Source: Pseudomonadota bacterium (GTDB lineage: Bacteria > Pseudomonadota > Gammaproteobacteria > DSM-16500). Taken from it: a DNA stretch of 64,000 bases. Position numbers and translations under genes: made by a program. Below are positions 38,354-47,494 of the stretch, one piece after another; the stretch's first letter is position 1, and each line of letters begins with the position of its first letter. The stretch is taken from NCBI GenBank assembly GCA_040389045.1, contig JAZKAT010000034.1:5323-69322 (forward strand), given 5' to 3'. The notes beneath the pieces were generated by a model that searched no databases, had not been told where the DNA came from, and worked only from the letters and a program-made list of their open reading frames with translations.

Positions 38354-40126
38354 ATGTCGAACACACGCTTTGACTCTGCTTTAAATAAAATCAATTCATT
38401 CCATAATATTCGATTCTCTGCTGAAATTGCTCCCGGCTTCTGTGGCATGTGGAGCAACATTAATTTTTACCAGGTAGAAGGGGTAACGTTTACTATCGAA
38501 CGCCAAAACCCACGCACTTTGGTGGAAACTACCACTTTAAAAGTAGCAATTTCAACATTGAAAGATCCTAAGGAATTATTTAAATCGGAGGCGAGAGAAC
38601 AAAAACTAATAGAAGAAGGAGAAGATAACGAATCGAATAGAGCAATAGATATAAAAACACCTGATCAAGACATTCTTGAGAATTACGCCCAACAGATCGA
38701 ATTAAAAAAACGAGATATGTTTATCAGCATGCAAAATCTCGTTTCCAGTTATGTGTTAACTCGTTTTAATTTATCTTATCTGGCATACAATTCCGCAGCT
38801 CAAAAAATATCATTAAAAGGCGAGTGTGATTTATACAATTTCGTTTTCGAAAATTATCCGGCGAATGCGAATTACTTTACCATGCCCGCGGTGAAACGCT
38901 TAATTGGCCAAATGGTGTTGGCGGTGGATGATTTAGAAGGTTTATTGCACCGCGATATTAAATTGGAAAATTTCATCGTGTTTTGTTATGACAAAAATAA
39001 ATACGATCTTATTTTCCAATTAGGCGACCACAATGATATCAAAAATAACTTTCAGCGAATCACAACATTTGCCGGCACCCCAGACCATATAGCACCTGAA
39101 TTAAAAGTTTGTATTGAGCATAATGATTATATAGCTTATAAAAAGTTAAATAAGCATGCCATTGATTGCTATGCCTTAGGTTGCGCATTGGAACAGATAT
39201 TAGTTAAAGTGTTTTATTTTAAGGAAAGTATAGACTATGAAACAACAACGCAAACCCAAATAAATGAGTATTTAAGGGCGCACGGCGGCCTTGAAATCCG
39301 TAAACTACTTGCGCTGATAGCAGGCCTGCTTGATAAAAACCCCACCAAGCGATATACGCTACAAGAGGTAAAAAATCAGGCTTTTTTTGGGGCGGATGAA
39401 GTGTCCAGGCAAGCTTTTTTTAACACCTTGATAGCCGAAATAGAAAATTATTCTTTGAAAATTGATGGTTACCTGCAATCCCCGTATTACAAAACCAAAC
39501 TTGATAATTATTATTTACTCTTAGACATCCATACCAAATGTGTTCTTACCATGGGCAAGGTGATATCTGAAAAAATAACAGCAAGCGCCAAAGTAGTTCA
39601 ACTGGATAAAGAATCAATCCACTATCAGACGCGTCGATTAGAGTTTCTTACTAATGAATTGAAACATTTTATGAATATGTTACAGCAGATTATTGAAGAA
39701 CGTTCTGCCAATGAGGATTATATCGAGCTTAAAAAAGTTGCCGTCGAGGAATTACAAAAGGTTGAACAACAAACAGAACAATTAAGAATTACCAAACTAT
39801 TATATATTACTTCGAGCACACTGGCGCAATTTCCAACTACAATAGGTATTCTTTACAGAATATTTTATAAACACGACGAGATTAACGTTTTCAGGCAGTT
39901 TGAAACTGAATTGAAAACAAAAGCGAGCAGGGGGGATCACTACACTAATTTAATTAACGATATCAGCCAATTTCTCGGTGAAGAAAGCGATTTACCTGAA
40001 GGTTCCATTAAAGCAAAATATCATAACGAATTAACCAAAATGCTAGGTCAATCGATTTATACTATAAAAGAAACTGTAGTTAATGTGAATATTCCGAACG
40101 GACATGTAGTGAAGGCGGTAGCTTAG
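38354..40126 (+). CDS. eukaryotic-like (Hanks-type) Ser/Thr protein kinase with a long helical C-terminal extension; effector-like
   Basis: Catalytic loop LHRDIKLENF, activation segment GDHN...GTPDHIAPE, subdomain IX DCYALGCALEQIL, subdomain XI NPTKRYTLQEV. AGGAAG RBS. Confidence 0.85.
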   Translation: MSNTRFDSALNKINSFHNIRFSAEIAPGFCGMWSNINFYQVEGVTFTIERQNPRTLVETTTLKVAISTLKDPKELFKSEAREQKLIEEGEDNESNRAIDIKTPDQDILENYAQQIELKKRDMFISMQNLVSSYVLTRFNLSYLAYNSAAQKISLKGECDLYNFVFENYPANANYFTMPAVKRLIGQMVLAVDDLEGLLHRDIKLENFIVFCYDKNKYDLIFQLGDHNDIKNNFQRITTFAGTPDHIAPELKVCIEHNDYIAYKKLNKHAIDCYALGCALEQILVKVFYFKESIDYETTTQTQINEYLRAHGGLEIRKLLALIAGLLDKNPTKRYTLQEVKNQAFFGADEVSRQAFFNTLIAEIENYSLKIDGYLQSPYYKTKLDNYYLLLDIHTKCVLTMGKVISEKITASAKVVQLDKESIHYQTRRLEFLTNELKHFMNMLQQIIEERSANEDYIELKKVAVEELQKVEQQTEQLRITKLLYITSSTLAQFPTTIGILYRIFYKHDEINVFRQFETELKTKASRGDHYTNLINDISQFLGEESDLPEGSIKAKYHNELTKMLGQSIYTIKETVVNVNIPNGHVVKAVA

Positions 40127-40132
40127 TGATGG

Positions 40133-40903
40133 TTAAACAGGCTGTCTGCTTTCCGGTAAATCATCATGAAATTTTTTAATTTCGGCGTGCAATTTATCAA
40201 ATTCCTGTGAAATTTTAAATAATTCCTCATTGCAGGAATTTTTTAAGATTCTCAAAACCATGTCGCTAACCACTTCACCAAAGTGACTCATGGCTTGGGG
40301 ATATTTGCTATCACAATCCATAATATGATTGCGGATACGCGTTTTTTCTTCGGCGGCATATAAACTTGCTATTTTATTTTTTATTTTAGGGTGCTCATCA
40401 TTACTCAACAAATGTTTGGTTAATTTATCCGATAATAAAAGCTGAAAGCAATTGTCTTTATTTTCAAAATATTTCAAGTTGGTAAAATCCACAAATCCCT
40501 TATCCGCTGTTTCAAACAAAGCGCTATTTTTAAAATTCAAGTAAAGCATATTATTCGCTTTATCCATAGTGATGCTCAGGCTGTTTTCTGGAAACATTTT
40601 TAAAATAATATCGTGGAGTTTATCTTTTAAATTATCGGTTTCCGCTAAAAATAATTTTTCGATATTTTCATGGGTACGCAAGGCAAGCTGATCACGTTCA
40701 TTAAATTTTTTATTGGTATAAGGATTTACCCATAAACCAGCACCTTTAAAATGCTCGCATAGTTCATCGATATGAAAAACATAAATGCGATTTAGAAAAT
40801 CATCATTGGCGATAAAACGTTTTTCCGGAGGAATTAATTGGGTGGGAATTTTACGTAAAAAAGTATTTTCATTAAATACTTTTTTGGCCGGGTTGTTATT
40901 CAT
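40133..40903 (-). CDS. hypothetical protein (orphan, AT-rich, effector-like)
   Basis: 256-aa ORF with a GAGGAG RBS. It is convergent with the kinase gene, with 6 nt between the stops. Confidence 0.6.
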   Translation of the reverse strand: MNNNPAKKVFNENTFLRKIPTQLIPPEKRFIANDDFLNRIYVFHIDELCEHFKGAGLWVNPYTNKKFNERDQLALRTHENIEKLFLAETDNLKDKLHDIILKMFPENSLSITMDKANNMLYLNFKNSALFETADKGFVDFTNLKYFENKDNCFQLLLSDKLTKHLLSNDEHPKIKNKIASLYAAEEKTRIRNHIMDCDSKYPQAMSHFGEVVSDMVLRILKNSCNEELFKISQEFDKLHAEIKKFHDDLPESRQPV

Positions 40904-41028
40904 ACAACAATAAACTCCTCACTGTGAAAGTTCAGGAATTATGGGTATATAACTAAAGTATAGTTCATAACATGATAAATGCTTGATAAATTTTGCGAAA
41001 TAAGCGCTTAACTATCAGGGGCTTAAAC

Positions 41029-42750
41029 TCATGCGTGGGTAGGAATGACTAAGCGGTCACCTTCATGTACTGCATTTTCTGCAATCAAATTCGCAATGCG
41101 AATTTCGGGGGGAGTGGTATGAAATTTTCTGGCGATTTTATCCATAGTATCACCCGCTCTTACCATGTAAATGGTATCACCGGGGGTTAACTGGTAGTGC
41201 TGTTGTTTATGCGATCGTGCCAGATGGGTAGGAATAACCATACGTTCATCCGCCTGTAAATCCCGAGTTCCGGCCATTGGATTGGCCGCCAGCAAATCCG
41301 CCGCGGTAATATGGAAATGTTCTGCGACGCGCGCCAGGGTATCGCCATTACGCGTCATATAAATCGTATCACCCGGCTGAATGAAATAGCTGCCGACCGG
41401 TACTTCGGGAGGCGCTGGGTTGTTTGTTTGAACTACCGCTGTCGCCAACTGGACTGGGGCAGGTTTAACGGCGGGAACCTCATCGACAAATTCACGCGCT
41501 GGCGGTAAAGCTCTTTTAACTGGCACGCGCGGGCTGGGAGTATTCTCGGCCAATATATCTTGGTCCTCTTCACTCACTTGCTCTTGCAACGCGCCATGCA
41601 CCGCTTTTGGAATCACCAAATTAGTACCCGCTGCCAAGCGATTACTGCTTAACTGATTCATTTTGCGTAAAATTGAAGGTGAAGTGTTATAACGTTTAGC
41701 CAATACCACCAGACTGTCGCCTGACCGGGTTTTGTAATGTTCCCACCTGACCGGCAATTGATATAACGAAGTCTGCGCGAGGTTATCGGTAAATTGCGCG
41801 ACATTTTCAATCGGCAATACTAATTTGTTAGGGCCATGCGGATCGGTAATAGCGCGATTATAGCCAGGATTCAATTGCATTAATTTTCTTAAACTGATAC
41901 CGGCAAATCCGGCGGCCTGTTGCAAATTAATTTGGGAACCCACATCAACCTGCGCAAGATAGGGTGCGTTACGCACCGGTGGAAAATAAACTGGATATTT
42001 TTCCGGATGCGCGATAATCGCGGCTAGGGCCAATAACCTTGGCACATAAATCCGGGTTTCACGCGCCAATGGCAACGACCAATAATCCGTATTGGAACCA
42101 TCGCGTATATTTTTATTGATAGCCGACATGACATTACCTTCACCCGTGTCATAGGCGGCAAAAGCCAATAACCAGTTACGATCAAAAAAATTCGCCAGGT
42201 AACTCAAATGCGTCAGCGCCGCTTTCGTTGAGGCGATAACATCCCGTCTGCCGTCATACCACCAATTTTGTTTGACACCATAGCCTGAGGCGGTGCCTGG
42301 CATCATTTGCCAAATTCCCGCCGCTCCGGCGGAAGAATAAGCAAATGGGTTATAGGCACTTTCAAATATAGGCAACAGCACAACTTCAGCCGGCAAATGG
42401 CGTTTATGGACTTGTTGTAAAATATAATACAAATAAGGTGCCGCGTGACTGGCCGAATTTAACAGAAAATCCTGGTGCTGCATAAACCAGGAAATCTGGT
42501 CTTGTACTCTAGGGTCTTCTTCATAATGCTGTAAGGAAAATTCCTGACGCAACACATCCCACATATCATCCGCGCTATGGTAACGGTCAATTTGATCAGC
42601 GAGTAATTGTCTTTGTTCAGAAAGTTGAAGCGTTTGTTTTTGGAAGACTTGAATACCTTCCTGGTCTTGAGAAGCGAATAAGGTCGCACTCATTACGGCA
42701 CAGAGCAAACCGAGAAAACCCCCGAATTTATTTTTGTATCGTTCCATCAT
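41029..42750 (-). CDS. mltD: membrane-bound lytic murein transglycosylase D with three LysM domains
   Basis: SLT domain FESAYNPFAYSSAGAAGIWQMMPGTA. LysM repeats YKTRSGDSLVVLAKRY..., YFIQPGDTIYMTRNGDTLARVAEHF... and YQLTPGDTIYMVRAGDTMDKIARKF... Confidence 0.92.
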   Translation of the reverse strand: MMERYKNKFGGFLGLLCAVMSATLFASQDQEGIQVFQKQTLQLSEQRQLLADQIDRYHSADDMWDVLRQEFSLQHYEEDPRVQDQISWFMQHQDFLLNSASHAAPYLYYILQQVHKRHLPAEVVLLPIFESAYNPFAYSSAGAAGIWQMMPGTASGYGVKQNWWYDGRRDVIASTKAALTHLSYLANFFDRNWLLAFAAYDTGEGNVMSAINKNIRDGSNTDYWSLPLARETRIYVPRLLALAAIIAHPEKYPVYFPPVRNAPYLAQVDVGSQINLQQAAGFAGISLRKLMQLNPGYNRAITDPHGPNKLVLPIENVAQFTDNLAQTSLYQLPVRWEHYKTRSGDSLVVLAKRYNTSPSILRKMNQLSSNRLAAGTNLVIPKAVHGALQEQVSEEDQDILAENTPSPRVPVKRALPPAREFVDEVPAVKPAPVQLATAVVQTNNPAPPEVPVGSYFIQPGDTIYMTRNGDTLARVAEHFHITAADLLAANPMAGTRDLQADERMVIPTHLARSHKQQHYQLTPGDTIYMVRAGDTMDKIARKFHTTPPEIRIANLIAENAVHEGDRLVIPTHA

Positions 42751-42762
42751 GTAGGCTCGAAA

Positions 42763-43539
42763 TTACCTAAAATTATCTTTCCATATGCGGAGTGCTTGAA
42801 AAATACTTACCAGATCAGTCGATGCTACGTCTTGATTATCACGAACGGAGTTTACCACAGAATTTATATCACAGCGTAAAAAAGGATTCGTTAATTTTTC
42901 AATAGACATCAGACTGGGAAGTGTGACTGCATTATTTTCTCGCAAATTATTTATTTCAGCAGCGCGTTTTGCAATATCTTCATTATCAGGTTCAACCACG
43001 GCAGCAAAACGTAAATTGGCAGCGGTATATTCATGGGCGCAATAAACCCGCGTATCAACCGGCAGCTTAGCTAACTTGCCTAGCGATTCAACCATTTGTT
43101 GTGCCGTTCCCTCAAATAAGCGCCCACAACCCGCAGCAAACAGGGTATCGCCACAAAACAACATATCATCACCGTAATACGCGATATGTCCTCGTGTATG
43201 CCCGGGTATATCTATCACTCTAAATTCAATATCCAGGGTAACCAGCGACACCCTATCGCCTTCGCCTAACTTATAATCAATATTAGCCACCGCATCATAC
43301 TTTGGGCCATAAACGACTAATTCAGGAAATTTTTCACAAAGCGCTGGAATACCGCCAGTATGGTCATGGTGGTGATGGGTAATTAATATGGCGCAAGGGG
43401 TTAATTTTTGATTAATGAGATATTCTATGACGGGTGCGGCATCACCCGGATCAACAATAGCACAAATATGATTACTGGGATTGACCAGTAACCAAATATA
43501 ATTATCTTTAAATGCCGGTATGGGAATGACTTTTAACAT
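42763..43539 (-). CDS. gloB: hydroxyacylglutathione hydrolase (glyoxalase II)
   Basis: AILITHHHHDHTGG, PGHTRGHIAY and CAHEYT. It occupies the mltD-gloB-yafS-rnhA-dnaQ position. Confidence 0.92.
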   Translation of the reverse strand: MLKVIPIPAFKDNYIWLLVNPSNHICAIVDPGDAAPVIEYLINQKLTPCAILITHHHHDHTGGIPALCEKFPELVVYGPKYDAVANIDYKLGEGDRVSLVTLDIEFRVIDIPGHTRGHIAYYGDDMLFCGDTLFAAGCGRLFEGTAQQMVESLGKLAKLPVDTRVYCAHEYTAANLRFAAVVEPDNEDIAKRAAEINNLRENNAVTLPSLMSIEKLTNPFLRCDINSVVNSVRDNQDVASTDLVSIFQALRIWKDNFR

Positions 43540-43638
43540 ATTTACATACTACTGATAAACAGTTTCAGGTCAAGAAAGTTAGACGTTTAATATTTTATGC
43601 TATAGTAATTCCCGCAACACCAACAAGGAAGCATATGC

Positions 43639-44403
43639 TTGGCCAAAATATTTCGCAAAATACAACAATTGGACCGTTGGCTTGGGAGTTTTCCAGGACT
43701 ATGTATTCTTGATGTTGAAAAGAAGATTTTGCCGTCCTTGTTAGCAAGTTACTATGGCAATCAAATAGTATTGATTGGGACACCGCACCAGCAACCTCTC
43801 ATCAAATCCAATACCATTCCAAACCGCATTTTATTAAGTCCGTTATTTAATAAACACACCCAGGATACTATTCACAACGTTGAAAGCGATTTAACTGAAC
43901 TGCCTATCGCCTCTGGCAGTGTTGACCTGGTTTTATTACCGCATATCCTGGAATATTTAGATAATCCTCGCCAATTATTTGGTGAAGCGTGCCGTATCGT
44001 AAAACCGGAAGGACATATCATTATTTGCGGATTCAATCCTTATAGTATGTGGGGCTTACGTAAATGGTATTCCAAACACGATAAAATCCCCTGGTCAGGA
44101 AATTTTATCAAAGCGGGCATTGTGAAAAAATGGTTAGCCCTGGCCGATTTCAAAATTACCCGACAAACCAGAATATTGTATAGACCGCCCATTTTTTATG
44201 AAAAAATTTATCACCATTTAAAATTTCTGGAATGGTTAGGCCCAAAATGTTATGCGCCGCTAGGTGGAATTTACATTTTAATCGCCCAGGCAAAAGTGAT
44301 ACCCTTAACACCCATTAAACTCAGTTGGAAACAGAAAATTTCTGATGTCCGCTTACCCGTAATCGGCATACCCCGACCCACCATTCGGAACCATCCGCTA
44401 TGA
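43639..44403 (+). CDS. yafS: class I SAM-dependent methyltransferase (YafS-like)
   Basis: [12 protein letters not shown]...[18 protein letters not shown]. Its position between gloB and rnhA matches E. coli. The TTG start has an AAGGAAG RBS, and the nearby ATG is out of frame. Confidence 0.7.
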   Translation: MAKIFRKIQQLDRWLGSFPGLCILDVEKKILPSLLASYYGNQIVLIGTPHQQPLIKSNTIPNRILLSPLFNKHTQDTIHNVESDLTELPIASGSVDLVLLPHILEYLDNPRQLFGEACRIVKPEGHIIICGFNPYSMWGLRKWYSKHDKIPWSGNFIKAGIVKKWLALADFKITRQTRILYRPPIFYEKIYHHLKFLEWLGPKCYAPLGGIYILIAQAKVIPLTPIKLSWKQKISDVRLPVIGIPRPTIRNHPL

Positions 44404-44837
44404 AACATGTAGAAATTTACACGGACGGCGCTTGCCGTGGCAATCCTGGCCCAGGCGGGTGGGGTGTATTGTTACGTTATCAGGGCCGCGAAAAAAAACT
44501 GAAAGGTTTTGAAGCCGATACCACCAATAACCGCATGGAATTGACCGCGGCTATTAAAGCGTTGGCTAGTTTAAAAGAACCTTGCCGTATTGATTTACAC
44601 ACCGATTCACAATACGTGCAAAAAGGCATAACATTATGGTTGCCGGACTGGAAAAAAAAACATTGGAAAAAAGCCGACAAGAAACCGGTTAAAAATGCTG
44701 ATTTATGGCAAAACCTGGACGCTGAGACCCACCGCCATCAAATTAACTGGCATTGGGTTAAAGGGCATAGCGATCACCCTGAGAATGACATAGCGGATAG
44801 CTTGGCTAATCAGGCAATTGATGAAATGACTAAGTAG
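44400..44837 (+). CDS. rnhA: ribonuclease HI
   Basis: [50 protein letters not shown]. Confidence 0.95.
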   Translation: MKHVEIYTDGACRGNPGPGGWGVLLRYQGREKKLKGFEADTTNNRMELTAAIKALASLKEPCRIDLHTDSQYVQKGITLWLPDWKKKHWKKADKKPVKNADLWQNLDAETHRHQINWHWVKGHSDHPENDIADSLANQAIDEMTK

Positions 44838-44850
44838 TACAGACAACATT

Positions 44851-45555
44851 ATGCGACAAATTATTTTAGATACTGAAACGACCGGCTTATTCGTAGACCA
44901 AAACCACCGCATTATTGAAATCGGTTGTATTGAACTCATCAACCGCAAATTTACCGGTAAACATTTTCATTATTACCTTAATCCGGAACGCGCCATTGAT
45001 GAAGGCGCGCAGGCTATACATGGCATCACCACGGATTTTCTGGCAAATAAACCTTTGTTTGCGCACATTGCGCAAGAGTTAATGGATTTTTTATCGGGTG
45101 CGGAATTAGTTATTCATAATGCGCCGTTCGACGTAGGCTTTATTAATTATGAACTCAAATTATTGAATCAAGCCTGGCAACCGTTAAATGAATATTGTCG
45201 AATCGTTGACACACTGTTGATGGCGCGTCAAATGCATGTAGGCCAACGTAATAATCTTGACGCGTTGTGCAAGCGCTACAGTGTTGATAATTCACAGCGT
45301 GAATATCACGGCGCATTGTTAGACGCACATTTGCTAGGTCGCGTATATCTGGCCATGACGGGTGGCCAAGCCACCTTATTTACCGAAACCGAAAATGTCG
45401 AAATTGCTTCCCAACAACAATCGGTCTTGGAAATCACCCAACAAAAACACAAACGCAAACTCCCCATCATCCTGGCCACTGAAGAAGAATTAGCTGCACA
45501 TGAACTCTATTTGAGTCATTTAGCGGAAAACGGCAAATGCGTCTGGGAATCATAA
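44851..45555 (+). CDS. dnaQ: DNA polymerase III epsilon subunit (proofreading exonuclease)
   Basis: ILDTETTGL (Exo I), VIHNAPFDVGF (Exo II), HGALLDAHLLGRVY (Exo III epsilon). Confidence 0.93.
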   Translation: MRQIILDTETTGLFVDQNHRIIEIGCIELINRKFTGKHFHYYLNPERAIDEGAQAIHGITTDFLANKPLFAHIAQELMDFLSGAELVIHNAPFDVGFINYELKLLNQAWQPLNEYCRIVDTLLMARQMHVGQRNNLDALCKRYSVDNSQREYHGALLDAHLLGRVYLAMTGGQATLFTETENVEIASQQQSVLEITQQKHKRKLPIILATEEELAAHELYLSHLAENGKCVWES

Positions 45556-45582
45556 CTAATAAGAATTGTTGCTCGAACGCAG

Positions 45583-45612
45583 GGTGGATTAGCGCGCAGC
45601 GCGTAATCCACC
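45583..45612. terminator. GC-rich hairpin (REP-like) between convergent dnaQ and the BI-1 gene; candidate bidirectional terminator
   Basis: GGTGGATTAGCGCG-CAG-CGCGTAATCCACC is a near-perfect inverted repeat with one bulge. There is no clear U-tract. Confidence 0.4.
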
Positions 45613-45628
45613 AATCAAACTTCTAACA

Positions 45629-46306
45629 TTAATCTCGGCTATTCCCCGACAATGCACCCAGCAAAATCAACAAATTCTGGAACAACATTAAAATATCAAT
45701 AAACAATGCTACCGTCGCCATGATGTAATTAGTTTCACCGCCATTAATAATTCGGCTGGTATCAAACATCATTAACATCGTAGCAAGAAAAACCAGCATG
45801 GAAGAAAGCGCTAACTGCACCGCGGGCATTTTGAAAAAGAGATTCCCGATACCGGCAATCAAACAAACTACCAGCCCTATCATTAAAAATTTTCCCCAAC
45901 TACTTAAATCTTTTTTCGTTGTAAGCAAATAAGCAGAAGATAAAAAGAACGTCAAACCCGTACCGGCTAAAGCGGTAACTATCAATTGGCCACCATTTGA
46001 GTAACCACGGATAAAATGATTGAGCAGAGGGCCCATGGAATAACCCATGCAACCGGTGAAAGCAAAAACCGCGACAATTCCCCAACCACTATTGCGAACC
46101 ATGTTAATGACGAACAATAAGCCAAATGCCACCAGTGACGTGACCAGGGAGGAACTAAAGCTGGCATTGCTGACCACTGCATAATAAGCCGTGGCGGCGC
46201 TAAACAATAAAGTGAGGCTTAGCAACAGGTAAGTGTTGCGTATTACGGAATGCAGGGCGAGGGAGGAAGTATCTTGTCTGACTCGATTAATATCACTAAA
46301 TGACAT
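45629..46306 (-). CDS. BAX inhibitor-1 / YccA-family membrane protein
   Basis: Seven hydrophobic segments and the start pattern MSFSDINRV....LHSVIRNTYLLLSLTLLFSA, typical of the YccA/YbhL family. ATG 46306 has an AGGAGA RBS; the longer track ORF is rejected. Confidence 0.8.
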   Translation of the reverse strand: MSFSDINRVRQDTSSLALHSVIRNTYLLLSLTLLFSAATAYYAVVSNASFSSSLVTSLVAFGLLFVINMVRNSGWGIVAVFAFTGCMGYSMGPLLNHFIRGYSNGGQLIVTALAGTGLTFFLSSAYLLTTKKDLSSWGKFLMIGLVVCLIAGIGNLFFKMPAVQLALSSMLVFLATMLMMFDTSRIINGGETNYIMATVALFIDILMLFQNLLILLGALSGNSRD

Positions 46307-46473
46307 ACGGTTTCTCCTAATAAACCAAGGTTCACAGCATATCACAATGGGGAAAAACAATAAAACTGAAAATAAATGACCCACTGATACCCTTTACCTA
46401 CACTTTTAGGTTGAATAATCCTACATAATAACGGTAATATGTGCCCTAATTAATATCCTGATAAATGTCAGTT

Positions 46474-46563
<90 letters not shown>

Positions 46564-46587
46564 TGTCTGTAACTATGGGGAATTCTA

Positions 46588-47253
46588 GTGATAAAAGTGT
46601 TGTTAGTTGATGATCATGAGCTGGTGCGCATGGGAATCCGGCGTCTATTACAAGACGTCAACGGCATTAAAGTTGTCGGTGAAGTAGGCACCGGCGAAGA
46701 TGCTATTAAGCTGGCCAAAGAATTAATACCTGATGTGGTGTTGATGGACGTGCAAATGCCAGGCATTGGTGGGTTGGAAGCAACTCGCAAAATGACCCGT
46801 CATAATAGCGACATTAAAATTTTAGCACTCACCGTCTGTGATGATGAACCTTATCCTTCGCGCTTATTACAAGCTGGCGCCGCCGGCTATATCACTAAAG
46901 GTTGTGATCCTGATGAAATGATTCGCGCCATTCGAATTGTTCATTCCGGACAACGTTATATCAGCTCTGAGATCGCCCAACAATTAGCATTGAAACGTTT
47001 CACCAAAGCAGAAGAATCACCGTTGGATATTCTTTCTGAACGTGAACTGCAAATCATGCTGATGATAACCAGCGGCCAGAAAGTCCAGGAAATTTCTCTC
47101 AAATTGCATCTTAGTCCCAAAACCGTCAACAGTTACCGCTATCGTATTTTTGAAAAACTTAACATCAATAGTGATGTGGAATTGACCTTGCTAGCCATGC
47201 GCCTGGGCTTAGTCGAAGGCAAAAAAATCCCGACGGACGACTCAGTAGAATAA
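46588..47253 (+). CDS. uvrY: GacA/UvrY(LetA)-type response regulator (REC + LuxR HTH)
   Basis: MIKVLLVDDHELVR, VVLMDVQMPG and LSERELQIMLMITSGQKVQEISLKLHLSPKTVNSYRYRIFEKL. It lies immediately upstream of uvrC-pgsA, as in E. coli. Confidence 0.9.
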   Translation: MIKVLLVDDHELVRMGIRRLLQDVNGIKVVGEVGTGEDAIKLAKELIPDVVLMDVQMPGIGGLEATRKMTRHNSDIKILALTVCDDEPYPSRLLQAGAAGYITKGCDPDEMIRAIRIVHSGQRYISSEIAQQLALKRFTKAEESPLDILSERELQIMLMITSGQKVQEISLKLHLSPKTVNSYRYRIFEKLNINSDVELTLLAMRLGLVEGKKIPTDDSVE

Positions 47254-47307
47254 TTCATGGCTGCCTCACAGGGGCGGCACCTCAGCTTGCATCCAGCCCA
47301 ACCAGTA

Positions 47308-47393
47308 CTGTCATTCCCGCGCAGGCGGGAATCCATTCCTGGCAGAACTTGTGTTCTATTCACACTGGATTCCCTCCTGCGCGGGAATGACAG
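47308..47393. repeat. REP/MITE-like palindromic element (two inverted ATTCCC-N8-GGGAAT units; the right unit has one mismatch)
   Basis: CTGTCATTCCCGCGCAGGCGGGAATCCAT...CTGGATTCCCTCCTGCGCGGGAATGACAG. Confidence 0.9.
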
Positions 47394-47494
47394 TATTGGT
47401 AAGTTTGGCATTTACTAAACTCAAGTATTTCACAGTTTTTATAGTATAATTTCAATAGCCAATTCTTTTTCACCTTTGGGTTATTAAAACTTAT

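Noticed and set aside
40904-41028. I looked for an att-like direct repeat of the tRNA-Ala 3' end (GTTCGACTCTCCTCGGCTCCA) at the far edge of the kinase islet, and for an integrase.
   Set aside because: Only a CTCCTC hexamer is shared, and no integrase or transposase ORF is present. The islet cannot be called a bona fide integrative element.
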